Source: Camelus dromedarius | Taxonomy: Eukaryota | Assembly (NCBI RefSeq): GCF_036321535.1 | Contig: NC_087438.1 | Span: 115,692,001-115,756,000, forward strand | Reading direction: 5' to 3' | Length of the DNA stretch: 64,000 nucleotides | Shown here: piece by piece, positions 24,791 through 38,019 of the stretch | Layout: every line of letters begins with the position of its first letter | Numbering within the stretch: the first letter of the stretch is position 1 | The notes under the pieces: generated by a model | Told to the model about the DNA's origin: nothing | The model's input: the letters and a program-made list of their open reading frames with translations, nothing else | Databases searched by the model: none | Translations under genes and position numbers: made by a program

Positions 24791-26229
24791 AGGCTGGGGG
24801 GTCCTGGAGGATATAAAGATCTCCTACTCCCCCTTCCTCCTGCCTCTGCCCCTTTGCTCTCACTGGTCCTTCTGTCCCTCCAGTCACCTTCCCCAGGGGG
24901 CCTCCTTGTTCAGCATCCTTGTGGCTGACCTTGTCTTTAGACTCAGGGACCCCCAGAAGGGAAGATCTCAACTGCAGACCCTAGCCAGGCCCCCGCCCAT
25001 GGTCAGGCTGCAGGTGAGGGTCTGGGCTGGGGGCTTTGATCCTGATAATGGAAGTGGACTGGGATAGCGGCAGGCTCTCTAGCCTGCTCACCTTGCCCCC
25101 TCTTGGCCAAAGCTGGGAAGGCACCCTGCTCCATCAGTTCCCAGTGTGCCCATCTCTGGGACCTGGGAGCAGGGAGGTCCTAGCCCCCTTATGTGGGCAC
25201 CAGGGCCTAATTTTCCCTAGGTAACTTCTTGGCACTTCCTGGCTCCTTAACAGGTCTCCTGCCAGGGGAAGGGGTCCTTCCCCTGATGTGCCCATACTGG
25301 ACTCCGGATACTTGTCTGGTCTGAAAAAGCCCCCTTTTCCGAAGGGGGACCAAACCAGAACAGAATCAAGAGGAAGGTAAATTAGGTATCCTGGAGGTGG
25401 GTACATAGAAATCCATATTATTTTTTAAACTGTGTGTATATCTTTCATATGCTCCTTCAGAGGCTAAGGTACAGAGCACAGACTAGTTCTTCTGAAAGTG
25501 TTGAGTTCTGGGGGAGGCTGGGGCTCGAAACAGGGGACTGGCTGGGTCTGGCTCATAGGGCCAAGAGCCCTCAGCCTCTCAGGAGAGGAGGACATCGTGT
25601 TTGGGACAGGAGGGCTACCTAAGAGGATTGGAAAGCCCCAAGGAGGGCTGGTAAAGCCCCATCCACCCAAGGCCAGCAAGAAGGCCCTGTCCAGGAGGAG
25701 TAGATGGGTGAGGGGTACAGAAAGGGGACAGGAGACTAACAGCACGCTGCACAACACCTCAAGGCTCTTCTCTGCCAGGCAGGCCCCTGGGCCAGGGCTC
25801 AGGTGATGGCCCTGCTTTGAGCCCTGCATAAAAAGCAGAACGCTGGGCGAAGAACCCCGCCCCCCACCCACGTAATGTCACCAATGCGTCTTAATTGGGG
25901 GACCCTTCATAGCAGCAGATGGGTTGCAGGGGAGGGGGCTCGAAAAGTAGACAAGAGGGGTAGGGTAACGGGACCCGGGGTTAGAGGGAGGCCACAGTGA
26001 GATCCCAAGTAAGGGTCACAGTCAGGCCCCTGAGCCTGGAGAACGTGGAGAGGGACGGCAACAGGCCTCCTCTCCCTTCAGATCAGCCCAGGGAGGCTCC
26101 CCAGAGAAGGGGGCTTTCCCTGTCAGTCACCTGGACCTCAGCTCAGCGGCCACCTCGGGACAGCGCTGTTCCCTGCCCAGCTGTGGTTCCCTGCTCCTCC
26201 CGTGCCACCAGACGCCTTCTTTATTTGAT

Positions 26230-27520
26230 CTTGCGCCTGTTTCCCCGGGTCGGCTCCTCCGGGGCGCACGGCGCCGCATGAGTCACTGCGGTCACGCGGG
26301 CCGAGGCCGGGGAGAGGAGCTGGCACCCCCGCGCTGCCAACCCAGGGCCGCAGAGCCCTTCCCGGCCTCAGTCTCCGAGACTGCGAAATGGACGTGTGAA
26401 CTTAACCCTTGGCCGTCCACTGAGAGCTGCGCGCAGGCGCAACCGGACTCTGCCGGGGAGGAAGGGGTAGTGGGGAGCAGGAAGGGGGCGGAGGTGCGCG
26501 CAAGCGCAACGGTGGGCGAGGCGTCGTCCCAGAGCCCCGCGCTTGCCGGTGGTCCATCCCCACCTCCCGTCCGGAGTCTGCGCGTGCGCGCCGCAATGGG
26601 GAGTGGGCGGGACCACGAGTGGGACCGCCTTGTTCCCCAGCGTCCCCCGCGGCAGCAGGCACTGACGTGGCCGCCGTCAGAGCCGCCATCTTGTGGGAGC
26701 GAAACCAACGCCTGCCTCCGAGCAGCAGCATCGCCGAGGCCGCCGAGGGTGAGGCTGGGCCGGGGCCGAGGCGGAGGCGGGGGCGGGGGCCGAGGTGAGG
26801 CCCGGCGTGAGGTTCTGCTGGGGCGGAGAGGGCAGAGACGGGGGCCAAGGTGAGGCTGGGCCTGGCGAGAGCCGAGATGAGGCCGGGCCGGGGGGTCGAG
26901 GCGGGTGACCGCGGGTCGAGGCGGGAGGCCGAGGTGAGGCGGAGTCGAGGCTGGTAATCTAGGCCGGGAGGGGACTAGGGTCGAATAGAGGCCCGGGGTT
27001 GAGGTGAGACTGGACCCGGTCGGGGATTGAGGCCGGGCTGGGGACGGAGGCGAGGCGGGGTGGTGCGGAGGGCTGGGCCAGGGGTCGAGGCTGGGACGGG
27101 GGTTGAGTCGGGGCCGAGCCGGGTCAGGGGCCGAGTCGAGGCCAGGGCGGGGGTCAGTCGCGCCGCCAGTACCCCTAGAACCGCTGGGACAGGCGCCCGG
27201 AAGTCCGGGCCGCATCGCGGGCTCTCCAGGAAGCCCAGCTTCCTGCTCCGCCTGCGAGGCCTCCTGCCTCGGGGTCGCGAGGACTAGGAAACTGAGGCCC
27301 GCGGCCCGGGACACGGCCAAGGTCACACGATGCCCAGGGTTTGAGCCCAATTCCTGTTTGCTCCGAGAACGGAGCTTGCGAGGCGGGGCGGGGCCCGGGT
27401 TCCTGGGTGGGAGCTGTGGTCCTGGGGTCTGAGTGGGAGCGCCTGTGGTCCCAGGAAGCTCCCACTACCCGCGGGACGCGCCGTCGGCTTTGTAGGGCCC
27501 CTTTATCCAAGCTTGCTGCA
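26230..27520 (+). promoter_or_regulatory. ARF1: ARF1 CpG-island promoter
   Basis: Dense CpG; NRF1-like GCGCAGGCGCA/GCGCAAGCGCA (26431-26441, 26498-26508); TGACGTGG at 26663-26670; YY1-type GCCGCCATCTTG at 26682-26693. Confidence 0.85.
26670..26748 (+). other. ARF1: ARF1 non-coding exon 1 (TSS approximate)
   Basis: agagccgccatcttgtgggagcgaaaccaacgcc resembles the human ARF1 5'UTR; donor GAGG|gtgagg at 26749. Confidence 0.75.
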
Positions 27521-30500
27521 ACCCCGGGATTGTTTCCTGGATGCCTTTGGCGTGGATAAGAACACTCTTCCGAGCTGGTAAATCGTTAACTTAGCTGTGG
27601 AACGACCTATCTGGGGCTGAGGCAGCCTCCCAAGCAGAGTGCCCTAAAGCTTGTCTTGTTGCCCGATCCAAGTGGTTATGGGAGGTAAAATGGTAGCTTT
27701 GTAGTAAGACTTGGCAATGAGTTACAAAGTACTTAAAATATTTGTTAATTAACTGAGCATTTTTGAGCTCCTCAAAACACCAAGTTGCTATTTTAAATGA
27801 ATGGAGCAAAATTGCACAAGAAGTCATTGACAGGAGACAGAGGGAATTCGGACGCTTTGGGAGTAGTCCCGGAAGTCATTGTTGGCTGTGTAGTTGATGC
27901 CACTACTGGTGGTGGAGTGGTCAGCTCTAGTTCTTGTTTCAGAACTAGTGGTCAGCATTTTTTTCTGCCAGCTGTTTGCATGGTTGATCCTGTGTTTCTG
28001 GCAGCCTGCGTGTGTCTGAAGGAGTTTGAAATGCCACGGTGCATGCTGTGTGTGTTGTCGTTAGAGTTTTCATCAACCATCAGGAGTGGCCCAAACTAAG
28101 AACTTTGAATACATGGTGTTGCTAGTTGGGTCCAAAATTAAGAGGAATTGAGTGTATATGCGTTCATCACAAATCTAGCCACTTCGTTAGAGTGTGCTGT
28201 CTCCTTCCCGTAAAGGTTTTCTCTGCTTAATGGGTAGAACGTAGTGTCCCTGTTCAACAGGAATGTCCTGCTGAAAATAAATCCGTATCACTTGGACGTT
28301 AGAAATCTGCTATTTCTTGTGAGGGCAGTATTCAAAATTGCTACTTCAAAAAGATTTAAAATAGTTGGTTTGGGTAGTAGCTGACTCACATGCTATCCAC
28401 TCATCATTGTAAGAAAGTTAGTAGAAAGCAAAAGCTGGTTCTGCGCTCCTCACAGTTCTGGTTTTTAAATCATGTGGTCTAGCTATTTGCTTTGCCTCTT
28501 GCGCAATGTGAAGAGGACACTCAGACCTGTTAAGCCACCTCTGTCAAAGACCAGACAGGCTTGAAACTACAGGAAGGTATGTCTATTTTTCTGTTTACTT
28601 TAGTAAAGTTTGGTGCAGACCATCAGCCACTGAGGTGATCCTCAGAGTCAAAAGGCCATAGGAATAAACCTAACGAAGGGGGAAAACTTGTGCAAGTTCC
28701 TAAATGTATTATTTTTGAGAGAGTTGAATCCGTTTTCTTTGTATTCTTCAAATTGAATATCGCCTTCATATATCAATTTAAATCTGTTCTTGATCACAGG
28801 TCAGACAGACCAGGCATTTCTGTAGCCTTCCTGGGGGTTGTGGTCACTTACTGACCTAATGTTCAGACCCTGGATGGCCTGGGCTTGCTGTACCATTTAG
28901 GACCATCTCTGTGCATATTGTCCCATAGATGTTCTCCCCTTTGACCTTCCAACCTTTGTAGAATTAGGATAATGAAATAAAATGCACATCTGTCAGAGTT
29001 GGTTGGGAAAGAAACATGAAAAATTCCGTTTAGTTGGGATCTTAAAATTAGACAAGAACTTACCTCTTGTCATCTATTTTCTCCTCATTGGTGTGGATGG
29101 TGTTAGAGATATCTTCCCGGCACCATGTGAAGTGGTGTTTGGAAATGTTTCTGACCTAATAGTGGGTTATATGTAACCCTTCTAAGTAAAGGCAAGTAAA
29201 GGACAGCTTGGTGGGGGGAGTGTGTGTTGAGGGGGATGATTTCAGAGTGTAAGTGTGAGATGGGTGGTGCTTTATCCTTAGGTTCTTATCCTCTCGTGAT
29301 TGTTATAAATTCTTTAAAATATAGTTGTGCCACATCTGTTACAGCTATCCAATGGTATCACTATTCTGGAAGGTAGTTCAACATTCTTAGATGGATCAGA
29401 ATTAAAATGTGGCAAAATTTAACACAAAAACATCAAAGCTCCTTACTCCTAAGAGAGTCTTTTAGGCCCTTACTCAGTCCTACCACCCCAGCTTCCTTAC
29501 ATGAGTGGGGAGGAATGATGAAGCTACCTTTTGAAGGGACTAACCTCCATATTCCTAACAAAGCCGTGTTTCCTGGTTTTTGAATACATTGGAAGCAAGA
29601 GCTTGGCAGTCTGTCATCAACAAATAGAAAAGGAAGAGTGGGGCTTCTTACTGACTCAAGAGAAAGAAAAAACCATACAAGGCAGGCAGATTTTATACAC
29701 ATAGCAGTGGGGGTGACTGTTCAGGAGGCAAACATTTATACACCTGAGACCACAGGGGTGACTATTTGTATGCAGCATAAATTAATGGAAACCCCAGTTA
29801 TGATATATGAATTGTCAGACGTTAGAAATGTATAGTATATTTTAGAAACATAAATTAATATTTAATTAGGATTTAGTAAGTTTTGCTCCTCAAAGGAACA
29901 CTAGCAAGCTAGAAGAGTTTGTTTCCCAAAGGGCAAGTCATATGGAAAATAGCTAACATCTTTCTATTTGTGTTGTACATCAAATTATTTCTGCAGTGGC
30001 AGTGTGGGAGCTAAACAGGAAGCTTACTGGTTCTAGGTTTCTGAGATCCTGAAAACTTTTAGCATGAAGTTTTTGAGTATCCTGTCAGTTTTGACTTAGA
30101 AGCAATGGACAAGAAAACAATTTCAAGATTCTGTCTAGACTCATTTGTGAAGAGTAGGAGTGAAGGCAAAGCTAGCTGTGTCAGCATTTTGATTACAGAT
30201 TCAGATTAAAAAGTGTCTTTAAAAACTGCTGTTTTAACAGTGCATTTTCCTGTGACGTTTCCTGTCATCTATAGATGAGCATGCAGTTCCTAATTAACTG
30301 ATTGAATCCATTAATTTGTATTTAAAATACTATATATCATTTGTCAGTTTTGGTGATGTAACTTTGCTTAAAATAATTACAGCTTTTAGCATTTCTCTTC
30401 TATCAAAGTGATATGAGATGTTGCAAATTCCTGGGGAGATCACTGAAAATGTATTCTTAGTAGTTACAGGGACCTGAGGGCAGGTTTAGGAAGCAGGTTG

Positions 30501-30859
30501 TGTACACACCCCTCCTGGTGTATTGGACATGGCTGAGATGCACATGTTTGTCCTGAGTACTTAACTGTATCTCTGCAGCCCTGATTTCCTCCTCACTAGA
30601 ATGTCAAAGGAATGTTTAGATTTCACCACATTCGTGTTTACTTTTAAATCAGTATGAAATTCGTTGTTGATTTATAGGTTTTTTTCCTGACAGACTTATT
30701 TTTAGGGAAAGCATATTTGTAGATGTGTATGATTAATCTTTTTACTTTTTGATCCCTAAGGGCCTTGATAAATGTTCTTTTATGATTCTTTTCTCTCCCT
30801 GATGGTGAATTCCTTGGGTCCCCAGAAGGTTGGCCAGCAGAGGAAGATAGGGAGATGGA

Positions 30860-33710
30860 TGGAGGAAGGTGGATGAGTTCTGGGTAGAGGAGATGCTACT
30901 GGCAGAGTATGAGGCTGGGTGGAGATGCAGGGCCATGGCAGTAAGTGGGATGGAAAGGCAGGCCAGCAAGATATAGAAACACGAATGGGCACTGAGTGTG
31001 GCTAGTGAGACCTATCAGGAGGATGGGGGAGAGGGTGCCATCTGGGCAGAGGTGTGAACGATTGGGGGCCTTGTGAGTCTTTGGGGGAAATAGGAAGCTT
31101 CTCCCAGGTTGGGGAACAGTAAAGGCAGAAGCCCTGAGGTGGGAGTGTATATCATGGTTTTGGAGACCTGCCAGGAGCAGAGGAGGGGAAAGAAGTGTGC
31201 CGGTGTGTGCCAGTGGTCTTTGGAGGGGTTGCCCCAGAGAAAAGGTATTTTGGGAATTTGTGGGAGGATTTGAGGCTCTGTCAAAGAGGGGAGGCAATGC
31301 TGGTATTTAGTACATTTAGCAGCAAAAATACATTTTGTCTGCATGACTTTCGTGTAGGTAAAAAATCTGTTTATATCTTAAACCTAATTATGCTTATGTA
31401 CAGAGTCACCTTTTTTTTTCATGGTTTTAGTAGATATTCTGAATCTTCCAGGAGTGAATCTATTGTGTAAATCAAGGGTGATTATTTTGTTTTTCTGCAG
31501 AATCTTACCAAGAGTTGTTCTCTGTTTCCAGGAAAAAGAACAAACAAACCAAAAAAACTGCCTCATGGACATAACAGGCCCTGAGTGTCGTGAGATGCCA
31601 GTACATGCTCTAGTAGTGTGCATTTGTGGCAGTCTTCATTAGGTGGTAGTCTGACTGCCTCCCTTGAACTTACAGTGTGATCGTGACTAGTACTGAAGCC
31701 CACATTTTGTTATATGTCACCGTCTTTCATTTCCCTATTACATTTTAGTTGGGGCAACAGGGGGTTTTGTGCAGTCTGGTGTGTATGTTGGTTGTATTGC
31801 TTGCTAGCTTCCTTTCTGGATGGTAGAGGTGGTGCTGTGAAATGCCATGGCGTGCCAGTTCTGATCTTTTTAAGGACACTGACTTCATCTGACTTTTCCT
31901 TACACGCCCCTCTTGCTGGCAATAATACCTTGTGGGGTGGAAGCTACAGAGGGGAGGTGAGGTGGCTGGGATCAGGCAGAGGGGGATAGTGGTGGGGAAG
32001 CACCTTTCAAAGGGCGAGATAATGGGACTTGCCAGTGAAGCAGATAGTTTTGGAGAGGAGAGGGACAGAGAGGGATTGTGGGTGTCTCCGGGGTTTGGGT
32101 CTGAAGAACTGGAAGGAAGTTGCTCAGGGTTAGAGTAGGGAAGGGTGAGTCCTTTATATTGAGTATTGGATTCCCAAGGGACATCCGTATGTTGAGGAGC
32201 AGTAGAAGTCTGGAGGTGAGAGGAGGGTCCAGCTGGGGTCCCATATAGGAGGCTGTGTTCCCCTGGGGGTGAATGGCTGGAGAGGTGCAGAGCTAGGGAG
32301 TGAAAGTGTGAGACAGTGTGGTGGGACTGCTGGTTACCTGAGGGGGCGACAGTGACCACTGGGAGGTTTTAAGCAGAGGATGGCATGAGCAGTTGTGTAA
32401 ATGACGTTTCTGTTACTCCAGGGCTGCCCTGGATTTGAAATGTGACCAGAGGTAGGAAGAGGCCTATTGAGAGGTTGCTGTGGCTGTTTGGGCCAAACAT
32501 GGGAAGTTCCCACAAGGCCCTGGGCCTGCCAGGCAAGGCCAGCTTCTTGGAGAGTCAGGCAGAGGGAGTCCCGAGTGCTCCAAGCTGGTGCACCTCTAGG
32601 TGCTCCTAACGAGGGTCACAGGAGGGGCAGGTCTGGCAGGGGGCTTGCTTTAAAGGTAGGGGGATCTAACAGAGGCTCTCGGCCACTGCTGCACTTTCCT
32701 TTTTGTGTTCTCCAGAAGCCCATCTCTCAGAAAAAGTCAAATTTTTTAAATTTTATTTTTAAAATGAAAGTTCCCTGAAAACAAAAATCAAGTTTTGCAG
32801 ATTGGTTTAACCACTCAGAAAGTTCCCGGTGCTGAGAAAGCCTCAGGAGGCTGCCTGCCACTCTGAGAATTTTGAGGAAGAAGAACTGGGCACTCTGACA
32901 ACCTCGTGGTTGGTCACAGTTCCCTTTTTCTTCAAGGGTGTGGAGAGGGACTCAGCAACGCTGGTCCTCCAGAGCCCCACCCTGGTTCCCAGAGAGCGCT
33001 CTGTACCTGCACCGTGGGTGCGAGTGACCTCTTGGAAAAGGCCCCAGCACAGAAACTGCGGGGGCTTCTGCGTGGTGATCACATAGTTGAAGACGTGGGG
33101 TATTTTTACAGAAACAAATTAATGTGATTTACTTCACAGCAGAAATCAGAACCCTGGATCGCCTTCTCGTCCTTGTTCTCCCTACCAGAACTGAAACACA
33201 GGCCTGTGCTGTTTGACAGGCGTGCCTGCCGTTTCTGTCGGGATCACAGAGACTGAGGCTTCAGCAGCCCGAGGGGTGTGAATGTGTGTGTGTCTGCATG
33301 CTGAAGCTTCTGGCTGCATTGAGAGGGCTGCAGTGTAACTGGATCAGCCTTGACATTGCTGGACCCAGAGGCCTCTAAGAACTGGTCATTGAGGTGAGGT
33401 GGAAGGGTGAGCACTGTTACCATTCCATTTCTGTTTCACCATCTGTTGGTTGGATTCACAGAGTGTTGTTGAGTGTTTGTGTGCCCAGAGCTGTTCTCAT
33501 TACACAGCTACTCCTTAGGCGAATGTGATGACTGTCAGCCCCATGATGTGTCAGGGGTGCGCTGAGAACAGTAAAGAGAGGAGAGGACCCTTCCTTGTGG
33601 AGGGTGGCCTTCAGAGATTGAGTGAAGGGCTTGGAGGGCCCAGCACGGAGAATCAGCGTGGAGAGGGGACTGGGAGCACAGTGGAGGTCAGAACATGGGG
33701 CCGAGCGACT
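30860..33710. mobile_element. Scattered L2 LINE fragments in ARF1 intron 1 (about 30860-31280, 31950-32480, 33440-33710)
   Basis: Purine-rich L2-like text such as ggcagaagccctgaggtgggag and gaccactgggaggttttaagcagagg; boundaries approximate. Confidence 0.55.
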
Positions 33711-35299
33711 TGCTGAGAAGTTCCAAACCGGTGATCCTCTGGTTGCAACTGGGTTGGATTGAAGTACAAATCTAATTGACTTCCAAAGGGCCACTAACTT
33801 GCAGAATTAGTAAGGACCCCGTGGTTGGTAGGACACTTTTCAAGATGTCTGCGTGGTTTCAAGTTGCCTGTGGTTTCAATTCTGCTTTGCATTTTAGTCA
33901 TAAATTACTTTAGTTTCTTCCATTTTCAGTTGAACTTATTGTACATTGTATGTTGTGAGGTTGATGCAAATTTGTGTTTTTGGTGTTTTGATTTTTTTCC
34001 AGCAACAGCTTCTTCAGACTAAATTGTATTTGTAGTCAGACAGAGGGTATCTGTGTCCCTACTGCCAGAGAAGTACTCATTAGGGTCCAGACTGCTGGCT
34101 GCTCCACAGTGGGGGCCCAGGTGCCCACCACAAGATCTGTAGCACCTGGAAGCCGTTCCATCACTGTCTCCCCATCCCATGGGCTAGCATACTCAGATGG
34201 TCCTGCATAGCTTTAGGGGGCCAGGAATGTAGGTTTATTCTGGAAGGAAGTCCTCTTGCCCAGGGACAGATCAGGGAGAAGAAAATCAAGGAGCAAATCA
34301 GGGAGCAGCCAGCCTCTGCCACCAGGACAAATGTGCAGAGCAGTGAGCGATGCTCCTGACACAGCATCTGAGTGAGGTCTCAACTTGTGTATATCATCAG
34401 CTCCTTGTTTCCTTCCTATTGGAGGCCATGGGATACTTGCGTTCAGAGGTCCTACAACCGACCATGGTTATTGTTTTCATTTGGGCTAGTCTATCTGGAT
34501 ATTTGCTCCCATCTGTAGATTTCTGAATGATACGTGTTTGGTGATGTGCTTTGAAGACAGTTATGTTAAAAAAAAAAGTAAATAAAACTTTAAGACTGAA
34601 TAAGGGACAGTTACAAAACAAATAAACATGTTCATCAGTTAAATGCTTTTGTTTTTGTAGTGGTAAGTAGGATTGATTACAGTTATGCTGTTTCCATGTT
34701 TGCCTTGTGGTTGGTGTGCTCATTCCATTAGACAATGGGCAGTGGCTCTTGGGTGTTCATGTTAGTGTAGACCAAGAGCTAGATTCATAAATAAAACTCA
34801 TTTTTTGTTGTCATTTTAAGGATTTCACCTTGAATCTTAAGCTGGCAAAGAGTGATCTAAATTACATTTCACTGGTTGCTCTTCCTAAGAATCAGACCTA
34901 ACAAGAAACGCCCCTTCCTTCAGCTTTGGGAGGCCAGTTGCAGAGCAATGCTGTTGGGTTGAAGACCAGCCCTCCAGGATTAGCATAGAGGCCTCTGGGT
35001 TTCTGGCAGACATCCTCCTTCAGGGCTGTGTGTATGGGACTGCTGCTTAAAGGCCGGGTCTGGTGCTTAATTGATTCCTGCAAAACATTCTGGAAGTTTT
35101 ATTCTGAAACGCAAAAAACAGTCTCACTGAAACTCACTTCTAGATGTAGACCAGAATTACACAGTTCTGGAATGTTTTTGCATGTTCTTTTGTTTATTTT
35201 TTTTCTTTGTATTGAAAGTTTAGAGTTGGGGTTGGTGAAATGGGTGAAGGTGGCCAGTCATAAGGTAAATAAGTCCTGGAATGTAAAGTCCTGGTAGTT

Positions 35300-35530
35300 C
35301 ACCATTCTGTGTTGTATATTGGAAGGTTGCTGACAGTAATCCTTAAAAGTTCTCATCACAAGGAAAAAAGGTTTGTGACTCTGTTAGGTGATAGGTGTTA
35401 ACTAGGTTTTTTTGTGGTGATCATTTCAATATTTATATATACACATATCAAATCATTATGTTGTACACTTGAAAATAATGCCATGTGTGTGTCTGTTACA
35501 TCTGAATAAAACTGAAGAGAAGAAAAAGAA
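35300..35530 (+). mobile_element. L1MA/L1MB-type 3' end
   Basis: ttaaaagttctcatcacaagg...tgtggtgatcatttcaatat...atcaaatcattatgttgtacacttgaaa...aataaaactgaagagaag. Confidence 0.8.
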
Positions 35531-38019
35531 AGTTCAGTCAACTTAATTACATCCATTGAGTGTCTTAGGCTGCATATTCTTCCTTCTGAGCATGTTGTTG
35601 ATTCTTACCTTCATCACAGTTGTGTTAGGCCTGCGAGGTGTATCCGCCTATCACTAGTATTGATGTGTACAGTTTCCTCCTAACACTGAATTTTATAAAA
35701 TAGTGACAAAATGTAGTGCTCAACTCAATTTCAGGAAAATGTCAGAGCTACAGAAATGAAGTGTTGGATTAATAGGCAGAGTAATGGCTTAAGACTTCAT
35801 TTAGATGATGTGCTGGAGTCTCAAGTTAATGGACAAAAAAGTCTTGACTTTAAAAACGGCAAAAAGAAAAAAACAGTTCTGATGTCACCTAGCTGTTCAT
35901 TTGAGTGGGGGATTTATCCATGTGACCCTTCATTTACTGAGGGACCGTAGCCTCCCATCGTGTCTGAAGCACAGAGTGGAATCCAAGCCCTTGGTTGTTT
36001 TGCTTCCCTGGGGCACATTTTCCAAGCCTTGCTCTAGGTTGGTGGTTTCTTCTTCCTAGTGACTCCCAGCAGTTTGGGTCATCTTGATATCGTTGTTTAA
36101 AAGATTTTGTTAAGTAAACCAGCTCTAACAGTTTCAGAAAACATGAACAACTTTCCTTCCACATAGGCAAGCTGCACAGCTCTGAATGTAGGGGAGGGCT
36201 GTCCCTTGCTTATCCTGAAACCTCTGAGGCTTGTTAGGAGATGCAGCGGGCACAGGTAGAGGTCATGGATACATGTATTCCTCTTCAGTGGCTAAACCAG
36301 TTACTCTGGATTCATTTATTGGAGTGGAATGGGTGTAAACTCACAGCTCTTCACCGGCTTTGCCAGGGAAGCCTGTGGTTGGCCTAGGCCTAGGAGATCC
36401 TTGCATTCAAGAAAGTAACCAGCTAGTTGTGTCCCATTCTTTGCTGTAATGTGAAAATGCCACCCTATCATTGTTTTTGGTCCTAACCAGAAAAGGGAAA
36501 AAACTTGTTCTTAAGGGGCTGCCACTGCTTAGAGCTTTCTGTCTTCAGGGGGAAAGATATGCTGCTGTTACAATTGCATCTTCTGGTGGGCAGGCGCAAA
36601 GGTGCACACTCAGGCGGGCACGAGGAAGGGCTCTTCTGAGAAAGTCAGGGTTTTCACTGCTCACAAATACCATCATTATGATGAACCTGAAAAACAGGTT
36701 TTGACCTGAACGTGAGGGATCCTGGTGGAGGAAAGGGTGAAACAGGCCTAGGCTGGGTGTCCTGCAAGTTAGAACCTGTGCCGAGAGGCCCCAGAGCAAC
36801 TCCAGTGGTCACTGTTGAACTTTTCTACTGATACAGATACTGTGTTAGGTCAGAAGCTGCCAGGGTCCCTGGACAAGATGCAGGGTGGGATAGATGCTTG
36901 TAGAGTGGGAGAGACCAAGTGCTATGTGTGGTAGCATCTTAAACCCTAGAAGTTGTGCTCATCCCCATCCAGGTTTGGCCACCAGATATGTGGCCCACTT
37001 CCCCTTTGGGCATCCAGGACCTAGGTAAGTTGAAAAACCGTGTGTGGAGGGCCAGGACCACATTGGTAGTCAGGACTCAGCAGACTGCTGGGCCAATGCA
37101 GACACTCTGGGCTCTGGGGGAACTGACAAGGGCATGACAGGAGGAGGAGGAGGTTGGCAGACTGCTCAGGGTCACAGCTGTGCCCAGTTGCATTCTGAGG
37201 CTGACATACAGATTGTGGGCCAGCTGCTGTGCCCAGTTTACCTAGACTGTTACATTAGTCCCATGTGGGGGTTGAGGAGAATGCAGATAACCTTTACATA
37301 CCTTAGTGCCAAGGTTTTTGTGTCAGTTTGTATGAACATTGTACTTTAATGCCTAAAACAAGCATAAACAGCAGTCTTCATCCTGCCTCCCAGGGACAGT
37401 CCCTTTCATGCCTCTCTGTTCTAAATGAGCATGCTGATACTGTTTCACAGTGTGTCAGCTTTGGAGGATGAGGGTTGGCCTTGACACCCCAAGTTCTGGC
37501 CTCGGCTTCTTGATACCCAGCAGCAACAGGCAGAGTGTCATGATTGAATAAATATTGCTTGCTGCTGAGTCCAGTAGTGACTGGCTTATGTTTTTCCTCA
37601 GGAAACCTTAAAATGACTTCTTTTTTTCATTTTCATCCGTGTTTTTTTTCTGCGTACCTGTCATTAGCTTTTTCCATTTCCCCTGGAATTGCCAAACGCC
37701 ATGTTTAAACCACATAGGTAACATGTTCCTCTTTTCCTATGGCCCTCCTCCTGCTCCACCTGTGCTGGCTGCTGTTCAGGCCTGCCTGCCTCTGTGTCTC
37801 CTTCCGTCACTTTGGGGGGGCTCCCCTGGCCAGTGGCAGCAGCCACAAGAAGGCGTGTGTGAGGCCTTGCACTTCTGACCTTCTCTTTGTTCTGCCCTTT
37901 CTCTGAATCCATACTTTGGCTGGTGCAGAATAACAGGTTGAAAGCACTGTTTATGTCTCTCTTTTGGGGGAGCAGTTTTAGGTTAACCACCTAATGCAGG
38001 GAAAGGCACAGAGATTTCC

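Noticed and set aside
26292-27350. 352-aa minus-strand ORF over the ARF1 CpG island
   Set aside because: Low-complexity P/R/A/S translation of a GC-rich repeat island where stops are rare; no recognisable domain.
29990-30240. AT-rich segment with a possible hAT/Charlie transposase start (MDKKTISRF...)
   Set aside because: Resemblance too weak and no terminal inverted repeats found; left unannotated.
36678-36709. Box C/D-like ATGATGA...CTGA in ARF1 intron 1
   Set aside because: Only about 30 nt between boxes with no terminal stem; too short for a snoRNA.
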